Below, in pieces: positions 9,453-18,917 of a stretch of 64,000 nt of DNA. The notes beneath the pieces were generated by a model, which saw only the letters and a program-made list of their open reading frames with translations, did no database searches and was not told where the DNA came from. Source of the stretch: an uncultured Verrucomicrobiota bacterium. GTDB lineage: Bacteria; Verrucomicrobiota; Verrucomicrobiia; Limisphaerales; J093. Location: contig CAYXPA010000002.1 in the NCBI GenBank assembly GCA_964466945.1, positions 24,837 through 88,836 of the forward strand. The letters run 5' to 3'. Both the position numbers and the translations under genes were made by a program. The first letter of the stretch is position 1. Each line of letters begins with the position of its first letter.

Positions 9453-10973
9453 TCAACGATGGGGAGAAGCCGTCTGCGCCGAGACAGTCTCGGCAGTTTC
9501 ACTTCGCGTCCCCAACCAGGATCGTAAGGCTTCCCGGGGCCCGGCGCAGACCAGCGCCCGGCACAAAGTCATCGCTTCGCTCCGCAGTTCGGCTCTGCTC
9601 AGCACCACGAGCGCGCCCGATGCCAGCCCGAGCAGACATGCCAGCAGGATGGCAGGGCCTACGGACAGACCGGCTGTCCACGACCCCACCCAGCCACAGA
9701 CCGCAGTGAGGACGAGGATCCCGAGCGCCGGGCGAGCCGTCAGTGCCACGGGGACCCCGGCTCCTTGCCTCAGGCGCCATACGCAGACGCCCGTGGCCAA
9801 CAGCTCTCCGACCAGACCACACGCGGCAATCCACCATAAGGGGCGCCCCTGCGACGCCACCCAAAAAGCCGGCAGAAGAGAGCAAGCCCGCACCAGATTC
9901 GCGATCAACTGGCTCTGGGAATCGCCCTTCGCAATGTTGGCCACCGCCACCGCCATCCGCAGGGCTCGAAATGCAGCCACCGCTGCCAAACAGGCCATCA
10001 ACACGCCAGCCCCTGCATATTTCGAGCCATACACGCCGCGCATCCAAGCCTCGGCCCCCACCATGAGCAGCGTCGTCGAAATGGCCGCATACAGTGTCAT
10101 CGCACCCACGACCTGCTGATAGCGACGCACGAACAGGACCGCATCGTCCTGTACGCGCGCCACCAGTGGCAGCGTCACCGTATTGAACACCCGACCAAAC
10201 AAAAACTGCGGGGCCATTACGAGGGTGACTGCTGCCGCGTAGGGCGCCAGATCTGTCATGCTGTAGAACGTGGCCACAAGGAATTGATCTCCCTGCATGA
10301 TCCCGAACATGAGAAAACCGGTCAGCAGCAAAGGCCAACCGAATCGGAGCATGCGCCGGCCATATTCGGGATGCCACGTCCACCGGTAGGGTCGTTCGGC
10401 CAGGGCGTGCGAGAGGGCCAAGCTGGCCAACGCTTTCGTCACCAGGACGATCAGCACGGCCCTGTAGTCCTTCAACCACGTGGCCAACGGCCAGGCCGCC
10501 AGTGTGATGAAAACCTGGGGCACCGCTTCGGTCATTGCGGAGGGGCCAAACCGCAAATGCCGCTCGAATCGTTGCACATCCAGGTGCTGCAGGCCCCGGG
10601 CCAGCACCACCCCAGCCAACACCGCCAGCGCCCAGGCATGATCCCCAACCCCGAACCAGCGCGCCAACACCGGGGCACAACAGATCATGAGCAGGGCACT
10701 GCACAGCGCTGCCGCCGCCTGCAACCCGTGGCCGGTCGCCACAAACGTGGGATTATCCCCCTCCTTGTCCCGGACCAAAAACCGTCCTACCCCCAGCTTT
10801 GCAGTGAACTCCAGCAGGCTGATGACCATGCCGAAGACGGCTGCCATCCCGAACTCGGCCTTGCTCAGGAGGCGGGCCAGGATCATGTTGCGGACAAAGG
10901 AGGCTACATAGCCGATCCCCTCACCTACAGCGATCCAAGCACTCCCCTTTAGGACTTGTCTTCGCGTTGACAC
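9453..10973 (-). CDS. Wzx-like oligosaccharide flippase (Polysacc_synt family)
   Basis: 506-aa ORF that is hydrophobic throughout, with many predicted TM spans. The N-terminus VLKGSAWIAVGEGIGYVASFVRNMILARLL is typical of MOP/Wzx flippases. Confidence 0.8.
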   Translation of the reverse strand: MSTRRQVLKGSAWIAVGEGIGYVASFVRNMILARLLSKAEFGMAAVFGMVISLLEFTAKLGVGRFLVRDKEGDNPTFVATGHGLQAAAALCSALLMICCAPVLARWFGVGDHAWALAVLAGVVLARGLQHLDVQRFERHLRFGPSAMTEAVPQVFITLAAWPLATWLKDYRAVLIVLVTKALASLALSHALAERPYRWTWHPEYGRRMLRFGWPLLLTGFLMFGIMQGDQFLVATFYSMTDLAPYAAAVTLVMAPQFLFGRVFNTVTLPLVARVQDDAVLFVRRYQQVVGAMTLYAAISTTLLMVGAEAWMRGVYGSKYAGAGVLMACLAAVAAFRALRMAVAVANIAKGDSQSQLIANLVRACSLLPAFWVASQGRPLWWIAACGLVGELLATGVCVWRLRQGAGVPVALTARPALGILVLTAVCGWVGSWTAGLSVGPAILLACLLGLASGALVVLSRAELRSEAMTLCRALVCAGPREALRSWLGTRSETAETVSAQTASPHR

Positions 10974-11195
10974 GCTCCTCAGGTCATCACGATCGTATCA
11001 GTGCCGGACACCTCCTCCACCAACCAATGCTTCCTCCGTAGTCAGATGCTAAGCAGCGCAAGGTAACTAAAGGCTGTTTGTTCTTGTCCCTCGTTGAAAA
11101 CCGGTGGAGGCTGAATAACCACTCGATACCTGCTCAGGGGCAGACACGCCTTAACTCCGTTTTGAATCAACGATGAGACTCAGTCCCTCCAGAGA

Positions 11196-12294
11196 TCAGG
11201 CCCAAGCTTTGTCCTCCCCCGACCCGGCCCGGTCCACTAAGAGCACATCGGCACGCTGCCGCCGCGCAGAAATGGCAACTCGCCACATTGGAGGTGGATG
11301 CCCCACCGCCACCAACACGATGATGTTCTCGCTGGGTGGTATTCTCAGATAAGAGCGAAGCTCTAGATCTTTTTCCTTACGCTTCGACCAGTTTAGCATG
11401 CAAGTCACAAGTCCGCGCGAATGCAGAGCCCACACCAAGCTCATAGCAAACAGCGCCCCGTCGATCCATGCCTGGCACCGCTCCCCGGCAGATTGAAAGC
11501 ATGCCAGGTCTGCGGTGATGATTAGCAGCATGGGGACCTGTTCCTTGAACCCTCGAGCCCCTTCCTGAATGTCCAGAACGCCCTGGATGCGCTCGGGTTC
11601 GCGTACCATCAAGACGCGCGCCGCTTGGCGATTGCAACACGATGGAGTGTGCATGGCCAACAGAACGGCTGCTTCAATGTCGAGTATGTCCACCTGCTGG
11701 TCCGAAAACTCCCGGACGCTGTGTCGGGATGCAAAAAAGACGTGTCAGATCAATTCGGGCCTCCTCCAGTAACTGTTCCTTGCGAATTACAGAATATCCT
11801 CCCAACTCCGGACTGCAGTTTTTCGCCCGAGGTGGCCCCATGGCCTCGAGCTCTGCAATCCTAGCTGCCAAACCTGGATCTGATAGTCCGTGCTGTGCAT
11901 TGAAGTCTCTGTAAGCGCGTAGAGCATCCGCAGCAGCCTGCGTTGCTCCGTCCGGGCCGAAGCTGAAAAGATAAAGTTCCATTCTGCATAGAAGCAACTG
12001 AATCAATTCTTTCCCAAACCCCGGTCTTGGAGCTGGTAGGCTGAGCCCCTTCTCGACCCCATGTGTTGCCATCGTCACCAAGGCAGCCAGCTTTCGCCGG
12101 TTGTTGCCTGTCCAAACCGCGCTGCTATATCGCCAAACACGCACAAAATCATACCAGAAATTAGCAGCCAAGATCAACGTATCGCGCACCACCTTACCAG
12201 CTAACCATAGTCGGTTACTCCAGGCAATTCGTCGAGCCGCTTTGTAACGGACACGGCCCTTCTTCTCTTGCATAATCAGCCAACCCGTTTTCAC
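11196..12294 (-). pseudogene. nitroreductase-family gene with N-terminal extension, split by a 1-nt frameshift in a T6 (plus-strand A6) run
   Basis: ORFs 11674-12294 and 11196-11693 overlap in different frames. Removing one T from the run at 11733-11738 gives a continuous ...RIDLTRLFASRHSVREFSDQQVDILDIEAAVLLAMHTPSCCNRQ..., a classical nitroreductase N-terminus (RHSVREF). Confidence 0.7.
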
Positions 12295-12810
12295 TGGCGT
12301 CTTTGCTTCGCGAGCTGGCTCTTGAGCGCTGGATATTGCAGATTTTGGGCTTTTTGCGGCGCCTTTTTCTTGTTTGACAAGCTCTTAGTTGTGCATACAC
12401 ATGGTCGTTTTCGATAGACCTGCGCTCAAACCTTATGACGGTTCAGTATTTCACAAGAACGCAGCCAGTCGATGCCTGCATGCCCTGAACGGGTTCCTGG
12501 AAGCAGGTCTGCGGCGCATCTGCTCAGCCTGCCTTCCCAGTCATGTGCGGCTCGTGTCAGGCCCAGACCCACGTTCAATTGGCCAACGTCCCGGCCGGTG
12601 GATGGAGCAGAACTACCGGATCGCTCGGGATAGATTCCATCCGGCATCCGGCACGTTCCGGCGACGCGATCTGAATCACACAATCAAACCCTACGAGCAT
12701 CTTCGCTAGCGCTGATCTCTTCTAAGAATCCGGTTCTGCGGCTTGTAGCTGCATGCGGAAACTCAAAGCAACTTTACAGCCTGGTTTGAGTAGAGAGCAT
12801 GAGGCCCACG

Positions 12811-13758
12811 CTACGTACACCGGATTCCCGAAGTACCCGATGACCGAGCGAAGAGTGCACACAGCCTCCTAGCCCGATCCACCGTCACCGGTTGGGTGAG
12901 TAGCTCCAAGTGTGGCAACAGTTCTTCCAGCGAGCGCCGCCACCAGGCAGAAGCCCGCACCAGGGCCTCGATTTCCGGGTCGAATCTGGGCCGAATGACA
13001 CGGGCGGGATTGCCCGCGACGATCCGATAGGGTTCCACATCACGGGTTACGACGGCTCCCGCCCCGACCACCGCTCCGTCGCCGATCTGACGGCAGCCGG
13101 GCAGGATGATCACCCGGGCACCAATCCACACGTCATGGCCAATGGTGAGGGGATTGGCTTCCGGCCGTTTCACAGCATCCTCCCGCAACAAGCCCACCTC
13201 CGCGTTAAAAAAGAAGGGATGCTGGGAGGCAAAGTTCGTGGGATGATTACGGCGCAAGACGATCAGACCGTGCGCAATGCTGCAGTAGCGCCCCACGGTG
13301 GTGCCCGGAGGAAAATCGCCGGGGCGCAATCGCGGTCCGTACGTATAGGCGCCAATGCGGACACCGTAGTACTCCTGGGCGATCGCGCGCCAGGTCGGCG
13401 ATAAACGGTTTCCGCCGTCGAGGTATTCGACGAGTGAGCGCAAGATCGGTCGCAGAAAACGGCAGCGGTAAAGGCCCAAACAAAGCCCACCCCACCAAGT
13501 TAATTGGCCGCTTTCCAAACGGCGGGCACGGGCCAACAACCGGGCCAGTTGCGGAGCTGGCGCCAGCTCGGGTAAAAGGGCTTCGCTCACTCCACCGCAC
13601 GACGTTTGGTCTGCGGTTGAACGCCATTCCGTCTGCTTCATCTCGGCCAAGGTCCACTGCATCCGCGGTCTGAGTCGGCTGCTGAACGAGTCTCCTTCCC
13701 GCAAAAGACATCGGAATTTCCCGGAAAATGCGAGGTGCGTTTTTCGAAGACACCACAT
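12811..13758 (-). CDS. hexapeptide-repeat acyltransferase (XAT-like paralog)
   Basis: ORF 12811-14034. Its first 92 codons overlap the 3' end of 13772-15571, so the start was moved to ATG 13758 (alternative ATG 13662). Motifs [31 protein letters not shown] and [50 protein letters not shown]. Confidence 0.75.
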   Translation of the reverse strand: MWCLRKTHLAFSGKFRCLLREGDSFSSRLRPRMQWTLAEMKQTEWRSTADQTSCGGVSEALLPELAPAPQLARLLARARRLESGQLTWWGGLCLGLYRCRFLRPILRSLVEYLDGGNRLSPTWRAIAQEYYGVRIGAYTYGPRLRPGDFPPGTTVGRYCSIAHGLIVLRRNHPTNFASQHPFFFNAEVGLLREDAVKRPEANPLTIGHDVWIGARVIILPGCRQIGDGAVVGAGAVVTRDVEPYRIVAGNPARVIRPRFDPEIEALVRASAWWRRSLEELLPHLELLTQPVTVDRARRLCALFARSSGTSGIRCT

Positions 13759-13771
13759 TTTCAGCTCCCCG

Positions 13772-15571
13772 CTAGCGTCGCAGTCGGAAAAACCGGGCCA
13801 GGTGGTCTGTTTCGAGCAAGATCTCCCAGCGATTCCCCTGCAGCGTGGGCGCGTTGGTGAGAAGATCCCAAGGGCCCGGAAGACTCCCTGCGGCCTCCAA
13901 CGACCAGGACCCGGACTGCGCAGGCCAGTGCAGCAAGATCCGGCCGGCGTCTCCGCCAGCCGCAATTTCGAGTCGCACAGGCGGCAGGGCCGCCGGGCCG
14001 TACGCGCCGGGGGTCGCCCAGCCCGCGCCCGCACCGATCAACCGGGAATCCGGTCGCAACTGCAGACCGTCGTCTTCGGTGAAGGGCCAACCGTCCGGGC
14101 CCAAGGGATCGTTAATGTTCAGGAAGCCCGGATCGCCTCCGTTCAACGCGGGCGATTCCGGCCAAGACGTCTTCGGCGCGAAGTCGGGGGGCCCTCCGGC
14201 CACAAAATTGCCCTCCACCAGCGCTGAGTCTATCGGGCCGGTGAAGCGGTACCAGCCCACCTGGTCTGGCCGCACCTGACCAGTGGCCTGGCCACAGTCC
14301 ACGAAAACGTTGTTCCGCACGATACAGTTCGTTGCGTAGTTGTCCGAGTTGATAATCAGGGGATGTCGTTCCACCTGTACTGCAACATTCCCCTGTTTGG
14401 CGACGCGGAGGAACGTATTGTGCTCGACGACGCAATTGGGCATGACCAGCCCGAGCCATCCCACATCCACAAACACATTGTGGCGGATGTAGAGCGGTCT
14501 GCTGACTGTGGCGTTCCGTTTCTGGGCGTTGATCACGCCGATCATATTCACCACCATGTTGTGGGTGAAATGGATGTTCTCGTATCGCACCGGCCAGTTG
14601 TCGAACACATCGGGCGAAGGCTCATAGACACCCCAGCCGAGGTTGATGAAGAGATTGCTTCGTACGACATGATTGGTGCCGCTCCAGAAGAGCAGATCCC
14701 AGCCGTTGTTGCGATCGAACACGTTGCATTCGAGGAGATGACTCAAACCCTGGATGAAGACATATCGATAGGACAGGTCGCTGAACCGATTGCTTCGGAT
14801 GAGGCAGCCCTGGGTCCCCGAGCCCAACAGAAGCCCGTAATTCGCGGATCCGGTAATGTAGGCCGGCTTCGGACCGTCGTCCACCACGTTCGTCACAACG
14901 ATGGTAAGCGCATGTTCTTCCACGCTGGCGATGACATACGAGAGCCGGTTACTTAGCGCGATGTTGGTCCCGCGCCAGACGGAAATCGTCTGCCCCACCT
15001 GAAAACCCGCCTCCAGAAAGTTGCCGGCTGTTGACTCGATGCGGTTCGGTGATCGAAATATGATGTCGTTCTGTTTGATGGCCATGCCGTCTCGAATCAC
15101 GCAGGAAGTCAGTTCAAAATACGAGCCGCCATCGTTCACACGAACATACGCCTCATGGTTGGAAGGAGCCGAGTGTCCCGTAATGTCGAAACCCCGAACG
15201 GAAACATAGGCATGGTTGATGACCCAGCCGCGCATCACGACCAGGCCAACGGCTTCGAAGACGATGCGGTTCTGTTCGCTCGTTCCTCCGCGGACCGTGA
15301 TGATACGCTCGGGATAGGTGCCGGTTCTGACACGAATCACATCCCCCGGCTGCGCCCTGTTGGCACCTTGCTGGATGGTGCGCCACGGTTGGTCGGATGT
15401 CCCGGGGCCGGAGTCATCTCCGTCCGGGGCGACCCAGTACTCGGCCCCCATTGCCCGAGCACACAACCATAGGCTCAGGCAAAGGCCGATCCGTATTGTC
15501 CTGAGACCGAGGGCGGGTCTGGCCAAGGGCCAGGTGGCGGCCCCGAACTGTCTAAACCGCTCAGAAATCAT
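13772..15571 (-). CDS. secreted right-handed parallel beta-helix (pectate-lyase-fold) protein
   Basis: 599-aa ORF with a signal-like N-terminus ([15 protein letters not shown]). An N-cap follows ([44 protein letters not shown]), then repeated NxxF/V turns (RSNLFIN, HNMVVN, HNVFVD, HNTFL, NNVFVD). An extra C-terminal domain of about 70 aa ends in FFRLRR. Confidence 0.7.
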   Translation of the reverse strand: MISERFRQFGAATWPLARPALGLRTIRIGLCLSLWLCARAMGAEYWVAPDGDDSGPGTSDQPWRTIQQGANRAQPGDVIRVRTGTYPERIITVRGGTSEQNRIVFEAVGLVVMRGWVINHAYVSVRGFDITGHSAPSNHEAYVRVNDGGSYFELTSCVIRDGMAIKQNDIIFRSPNRIESTAGNFLEAGFQVGQTISVWRGTNIALSNRLSYVIASVEEHALTIVVTNVVDDGPKPAYITGSANYGLLLGSGTQGCLIRSNRFSDLSYRYVFIQGLSHLLECNVFDRNNGWDLLFWSGTNHVVRSNLFINLGWGVYEPSPDVFDNWPVRYENIHFTHNMVVNMIGVINAQKRNATVSRPLYIRHNVFVDVGWLGLVMPNCVVEHNTFLRVAKQGNVAVQVERHPLIINSDNYATNCIVRNNVFVDCGQATGQVRPDQVGWYRFTGPIDSALVEGNFVAGGPPDFAPKTSWPESPALNGGDPGFLNINDPLGPDGWPFTEDDGLQLRPDSRLIGAGAGWATPGAYGPAALPPVRLEIAAGGDAGRILLHWPAQSGSWSLEAAGSLPGPWDLLTNAPTLQGNRWEILLETDHLARFFRLRR

Positions 15572-16817
15572 GGCGTAGCCAGAGTCTGGATTGAGGTCGG
15601 CGCCAGCGGGCCGGCAGCCGGAGCTGGATACGGCGATACCAAATTTTGTGGAGTCCCAACCGCAGGGCTTTTTGGAGACCTAGAAGGCATGCCAGACGCA
15701 CGCGCAGTCCGGCGCCTCTGGGGCGGCGGAACCATAAATTGTATACCGGATATTCACGCGCCCCGAGCCGGAGCTTGTACTCATAATGCCCCAGCCCTCC
15801 TTCGACCCGCCGCACTCCCTCCTTGATCGCTTCTCCAAACATCACCACCAGCGCCGTCGGCCCGAGGCTGTACCGGTTCCACCGCTCGCCAATGGCCCGA
15901 CTTGGCAGCTCCCAAAACCAGCGGTCCCCGTGAGCGAATGCATACTGCCCGGCCACCAGCTCTTCGCCAGCCCAAATCTCCATCAGCCGTGCTCGCCTCT
16001 CCGCCACCATGACAGGGAGCATGGCCCGGTGGTACTCGAGCGCGCGTGGCCACGCACCGAAATGGCCGGGTTGCCCTTCCGCCTGCCACTGTCGTGTATG
16101 CTGTTCGACAAACCGCTCGAACGCCACCTGCACGGCTGCCAGAGGTTCTCGAATCGTCTGGACCCGGACCGGATAGTCCTTCCGGAGCAGACGAAGTTCA
16201 TATTTTCGGCGATTCTTCTGCTCGTTTTTTCCAAGTGAATCCAAATGTGCTTCCAGCGATTCTGGGAGCTCGAAGGCCGTGTAAACCCCGGCGGTGCGGC
16301 GTTGGACGATCCGGCCGGGTACAAGTCCGGGTGCGCCGCTTTCCGGCTGATGGGCCTCCACCCACGCGGCTGACACCGGCCCAATGCTGACCAGATCGCA
16401 ACCGTCGCGCTGCTTCAACATGGCCACGGCCCAATCCAGACAGGTGCGACCTACGCCGCTGGCCAGGGGGGGATCGAACACCTTGGGCGGGATGTTCGCC
16501 CCCAGCAGCCGGGCCACTCGGACGTCCAAAGCGCCGAATCCGAGATGACTGACATAGAAGGGCAAGAGGCCCACAATGTCTCCGCCCCGCCGGAAGACGA
16601 AGATCCGCAGCAGATCCCGCTCTCCGTAAAACTGCCACCAGGTGCGCAGCCAATTAAGGGTCAAGTAAATGGGCCCTTTCAAAGTCTGAACTGTAGCATC
16701 CCATGTCTGGGGCCCGATAGGAAGCGCCTCAAAGCTTTCAAACGTCTCGACGTTCAAGGATGTCGCGCACTGCAGCCCTGCATATACTACCCCTTTTGTA
16801 AATACAGGCTGACTCAC
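15561..16817 (-). CDS. CelD/BcsL-like GNAT-fold acyltransferase (FemAB-related)
   Basis: 418-aa ORF with a GTG start and an 11-nt overlap with the downstream gene. Features recalled from CelD-type proteins: LTLNWLRTWWQFYG, HLDSLGKNEQKNRRKYELRLL, YAFAHGDRWFWELPSR. Confidence 0.65.
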   Translation of the reverse strand: MSQPVFTKGVVYAGLQCATSLNVETFESFEALPIGPQTWDATVQTLKGPIYLTLNWLRTWWQFYGERDLLRIFVFRRGGDIVGLLPFYVSHLGFGALDVRVARLLGANIPPKVFDPPLASGVGRTCLDWAVAMLKQRDGCDLVSIGPVSAAWVEAHQPESGAPGLVPGRIVQRRTAGVYTAFELPESLEAHLDSLGKNEQKNRRKYELRLLRKDYPVRVQTIREPLAAVQVAFERFVEQHTRQWQAEGQPGHFGAWPRALEYHRAMLPVMVAERRARLMEIWAGEELVAGQYAFAHGDRWFWELPSRAIGERWNRYSLGPTALVVMFGEAIKEGVRRVEGGLGHYEYKLRLGAREYPVYNLWFRRPRGAGLRVRLACLLGLQKALRLGLHKIWYRRIQLRLPARWRRPQSRLWLRHDF

Positions 16818-16837
16818 AAGATATACGCAAAAAAACG

Positions 16838-16868
16838 CTTCTAAATAAAAGCTACATTTGTAGCTCTA
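16838..16868 (-). terminator. possible intrinsic terminator (hairpin plus T-rich tail on the minus strand)
   Basis: Perfect 7-bp stem agctaca/tgtagct with a ttt loop at about 16850-16866. On the minus strand it is followed by tttatttag. It lies between the beta-helix gene and the CelD-like gene, 220 nt downstream of the stop. Confidence 0.35.
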
Positions 16869-17087
16869 AATGGCGCTCGGGACCCCTCCTTGGTAACAGG
16901 TCACCCGCTTCTAGCGTGACTGTGATCCGACAACTCAGAAACCGCTGGCACGATGGTAACGTTGGCCCCAAGCCAACAGGTCACAAATGCCGAAGTAACC
17001 TTCAAAAAGAGATACTGAACGACTACGAGGTACCGCGGCATCAGCAACCATAGATGGCAGTACGCCTAGCTCCCTTGGGCGCAACGA

Positions 17088-18548
17088 TCAGGGTCTCAGC
17101 ACCCTGAGTGATGCCGGGGGCGATGGAAGTGAGCTCGCTTCCTCCAGATATTCGAATGGGCCAATGTCCCAGCGAGCACCTCTAGGCTGCCCCAGCCGGT
17201 CGTAGCTGAGGCCTGACAATCGAAGGCCACGGTCCACCAGCTGACTATCTGGTCGCAAACGAAAATTCAACTGATTAAGGTCCACAAACCCGGGTTCGCC
17301 CCCATTGATCCCGTTGGGTTCCCACCAGCCTCCCCAAGTCGCCCACCCACCCGGGTTGCCGACAGGTCTTTGGAGCGGGTCCTGATCCACGGGGGCAAAG
17401 CCGGCTTTGGCGACGTAGTTGTAGTCGGCTACGACATTGGTCAAGAGTTGATTAAATCCGTACCAACCCACGGTATTTCGATCATCGCCACAATCCAGGA
17501 AGATGTTGTTGATGACCTGGCTGCCGTGGGCATAGTTGGTTCCGCTCTGGCCGCTGTAGGTGGTGGCGTAGTACCGGGCACCGAATGTCAGTGCGTGACC
17601 CTTGTTGGTCTTGTTGCAGCGGAAAAACACGTTGTTGTAATACTTGACCTCCGGGATGGTGCAACTGGCCTGCAACGCAATATCCACAAAGACGTTGTTG
17701 CGGAAAGTCCAGTCGCGAATCTCGGGCACAAGATTGCCCTCGATCTGGGTGAGTTGTCCGCCTTCGATGCGGGTGACCCAGTTGCCCTCGATGACATGCC
17801 CCATGCTACCGTCACCGTTATTTCCGAAGCTCTGAATAAAATCCGGGTGGTTTCCGATTCCTTCCGCCAAGTAATTGTTGGAGCACACATTGTAACCGAT
17901 GTAGTTGTTACGGCCGAACAGACGAAAGAAATCCACGGCACCACCATCCCGAATAAAGTTGCCCACGACCCGGTTGGAATCGCCCATGATGGAGAGCATA
18001 GTGATTCCGAGCATATTGCGAACTTCGTTGCTGATTATCAGGCAGTAACTGGCAGCTTCTCCTTTTCCAAACGGCTTGGTGCGAGGTGCCCGCCATTCAA
18101 TGCCGTACACGCGCAGAGCGGCTCCAGCGTCTAAAACGCAGTTCGAGAGCACACTCCAATGCGCTCCGTGATCGAAATACACCAACCGCGAATACCACTG
18201 GGTAACACCGGTTAAATATACATTCTGTACCGTGATGTAAGGGTGTCGGAATGTAAATTGTTGAAGCGTTGCCCGTCCTTGACCATCCAGAACTATACGT
18301 CTTTCAGAACTCCCTCCGCGTACGGTGGCCACCATTTCCGGATAGACACCAGGAGACAGCAACACGATGTCCCCTGGCTGCGCCGCATTCATCGCAGCTT
18401 GAACCGTCGCGAACTCGTTCGGAACAACGAGTGTCTTGGCGAGCACGTCAGTAACTGTGGCAAGGGCGATCAACCACAAAAATTGGCACAACCTCCAACC
18501 ACACTGACTTACCGCTTGCAGTTTGCACCTCATAAATTTGGAGTTCAA
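17088..18548 (-). CDS. secreted right-handed parallel beta-helix protein (paralog of 13772-15571)
   Basis: 486-aa ORF with a signal-like N-terminus (LCQFLWLIALATVTDVLA). The N-cap VPNEFATVQAAMNAAQPGDIVLLSPGVYPEMVATVRGGSSERRIVLDG parallels the other beta-helix protein. Near the C-terminus, GGEPGFVDLNQLNFRLRPDSQLVDRG matches GGDPGFLN...[13 protein letters not shown]. Lower GC than its neighbours. Confidence 0.7.
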   Translation of the reverse strand: MNSKFMRCKLQAVSQCGWRLCQFLWLIALATVTDVLAKTLVVPNEFATVQAAMNAAQPGDIVLLSPGVYPEMVATVRGGSSERRIVLDGQGRATLQQFTFRHPYITVQNVYLTGVTQWYSRLVYFDHGAHWSVLSNCVLDAGAALRVYGIEWRAPRTKPFGKGEAASYCLIISNEVRNMLGITMLSIMGDSNRVVGNFIRDGGAVDFFRLFGRNNYIGYNVCSNNYLAEGIGNHPDFIQSFGNNGDGSMGHVIEGNWVTRIEGGQLTQIEGNLVPEIRDWTFRNNVFVDIALQASCTIPEVKYYNNVFFRCNKTNKGHALTFGARYYATTYSGQSGTNYAHGSQVINNIFLDCGDDRNTVGWYGFNQLLTNVVADYNYVAKAGFAPVDQDPLQRPVGNPGGWATWGGWWEPNGINGGEPGFVDLNQLNFRLRPDSQLVDRGLRLSGLSYDRLGQPRGARWDIGPFEYLEEASSLPSPPASLRVLRP

Positions 18549-18669
18549 ACGTTTTCAAAACATTACAGCACCCTATATGCCAATCACCTCATCACTTTAC
18601 TATAATGCCAAAAAATCTTCGTTGAGTATGCCAAAGCAGCAGCTCGCGTTTGGTATATGCCGGAGTACT

Positions 18670-18860
18670 AAACCGAACAATTCGGTTGGGGCACCGGGGG
18701 CACGGCCGATTTGGAGGAGGCCGGCCTGCCATCCGGCAGGCAGGCGGCCCATCTGCAAGCGAGTTCGAGTTTTCAAGCGGCACCCTTAAAAGGTGCAACG
18801 AACCGGCCTCGCTTAACAGGCTGGTAACCTGTGCAGCCACGGGCAAGTTGCCCGTACCTC
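18670..18860. repeat. cluster of short GC-rich palindromic hairpins (REP-like) in an intergenic spacer
   Basis: Three hairpins read directly: aaccgaa-caa-ttcggtt (about 18672-18688), gcctgcc-atcc-ggcaggc (18724-18741) and acgggcaa-g-ttgcccgt (18839-18855). Confidence 0.6.
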
Positions 18861-18917
18861 CTTGCAGGTTAACAGCACCTTATCAGCTGACAAAATTGCA
18901 GGGATACTTGAAAACCA

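Noticed and set aside
12811-14034. Extended N-termini given by the maximal ORFs. Other cases are 20276-21493, 22433-23692, 23191-25419, 33433-34812, 34602-35453, 39216-40034, 47075-48073, 49581-50183, 50473-51615, 51387-53063, 52679-54163 and 58709-60247.
   Set aside because: The extensions overlap the preceding gene in another frame, are Arg/Pro/Gly-rich, and precede an internal ATG. That ATG sits right after, or overlaps as ATGA, the upstream stop and begins the conserved domain. The shorter versions were annotated.
18755-18780. gagttcgagtt string resembling a tRNA T-loop (GGTTCGA-like)
   Set aside because: The flanking sequence cannot form a T-stem, acceptor stem or anticodon arm. No cloverleaf could be drawn.
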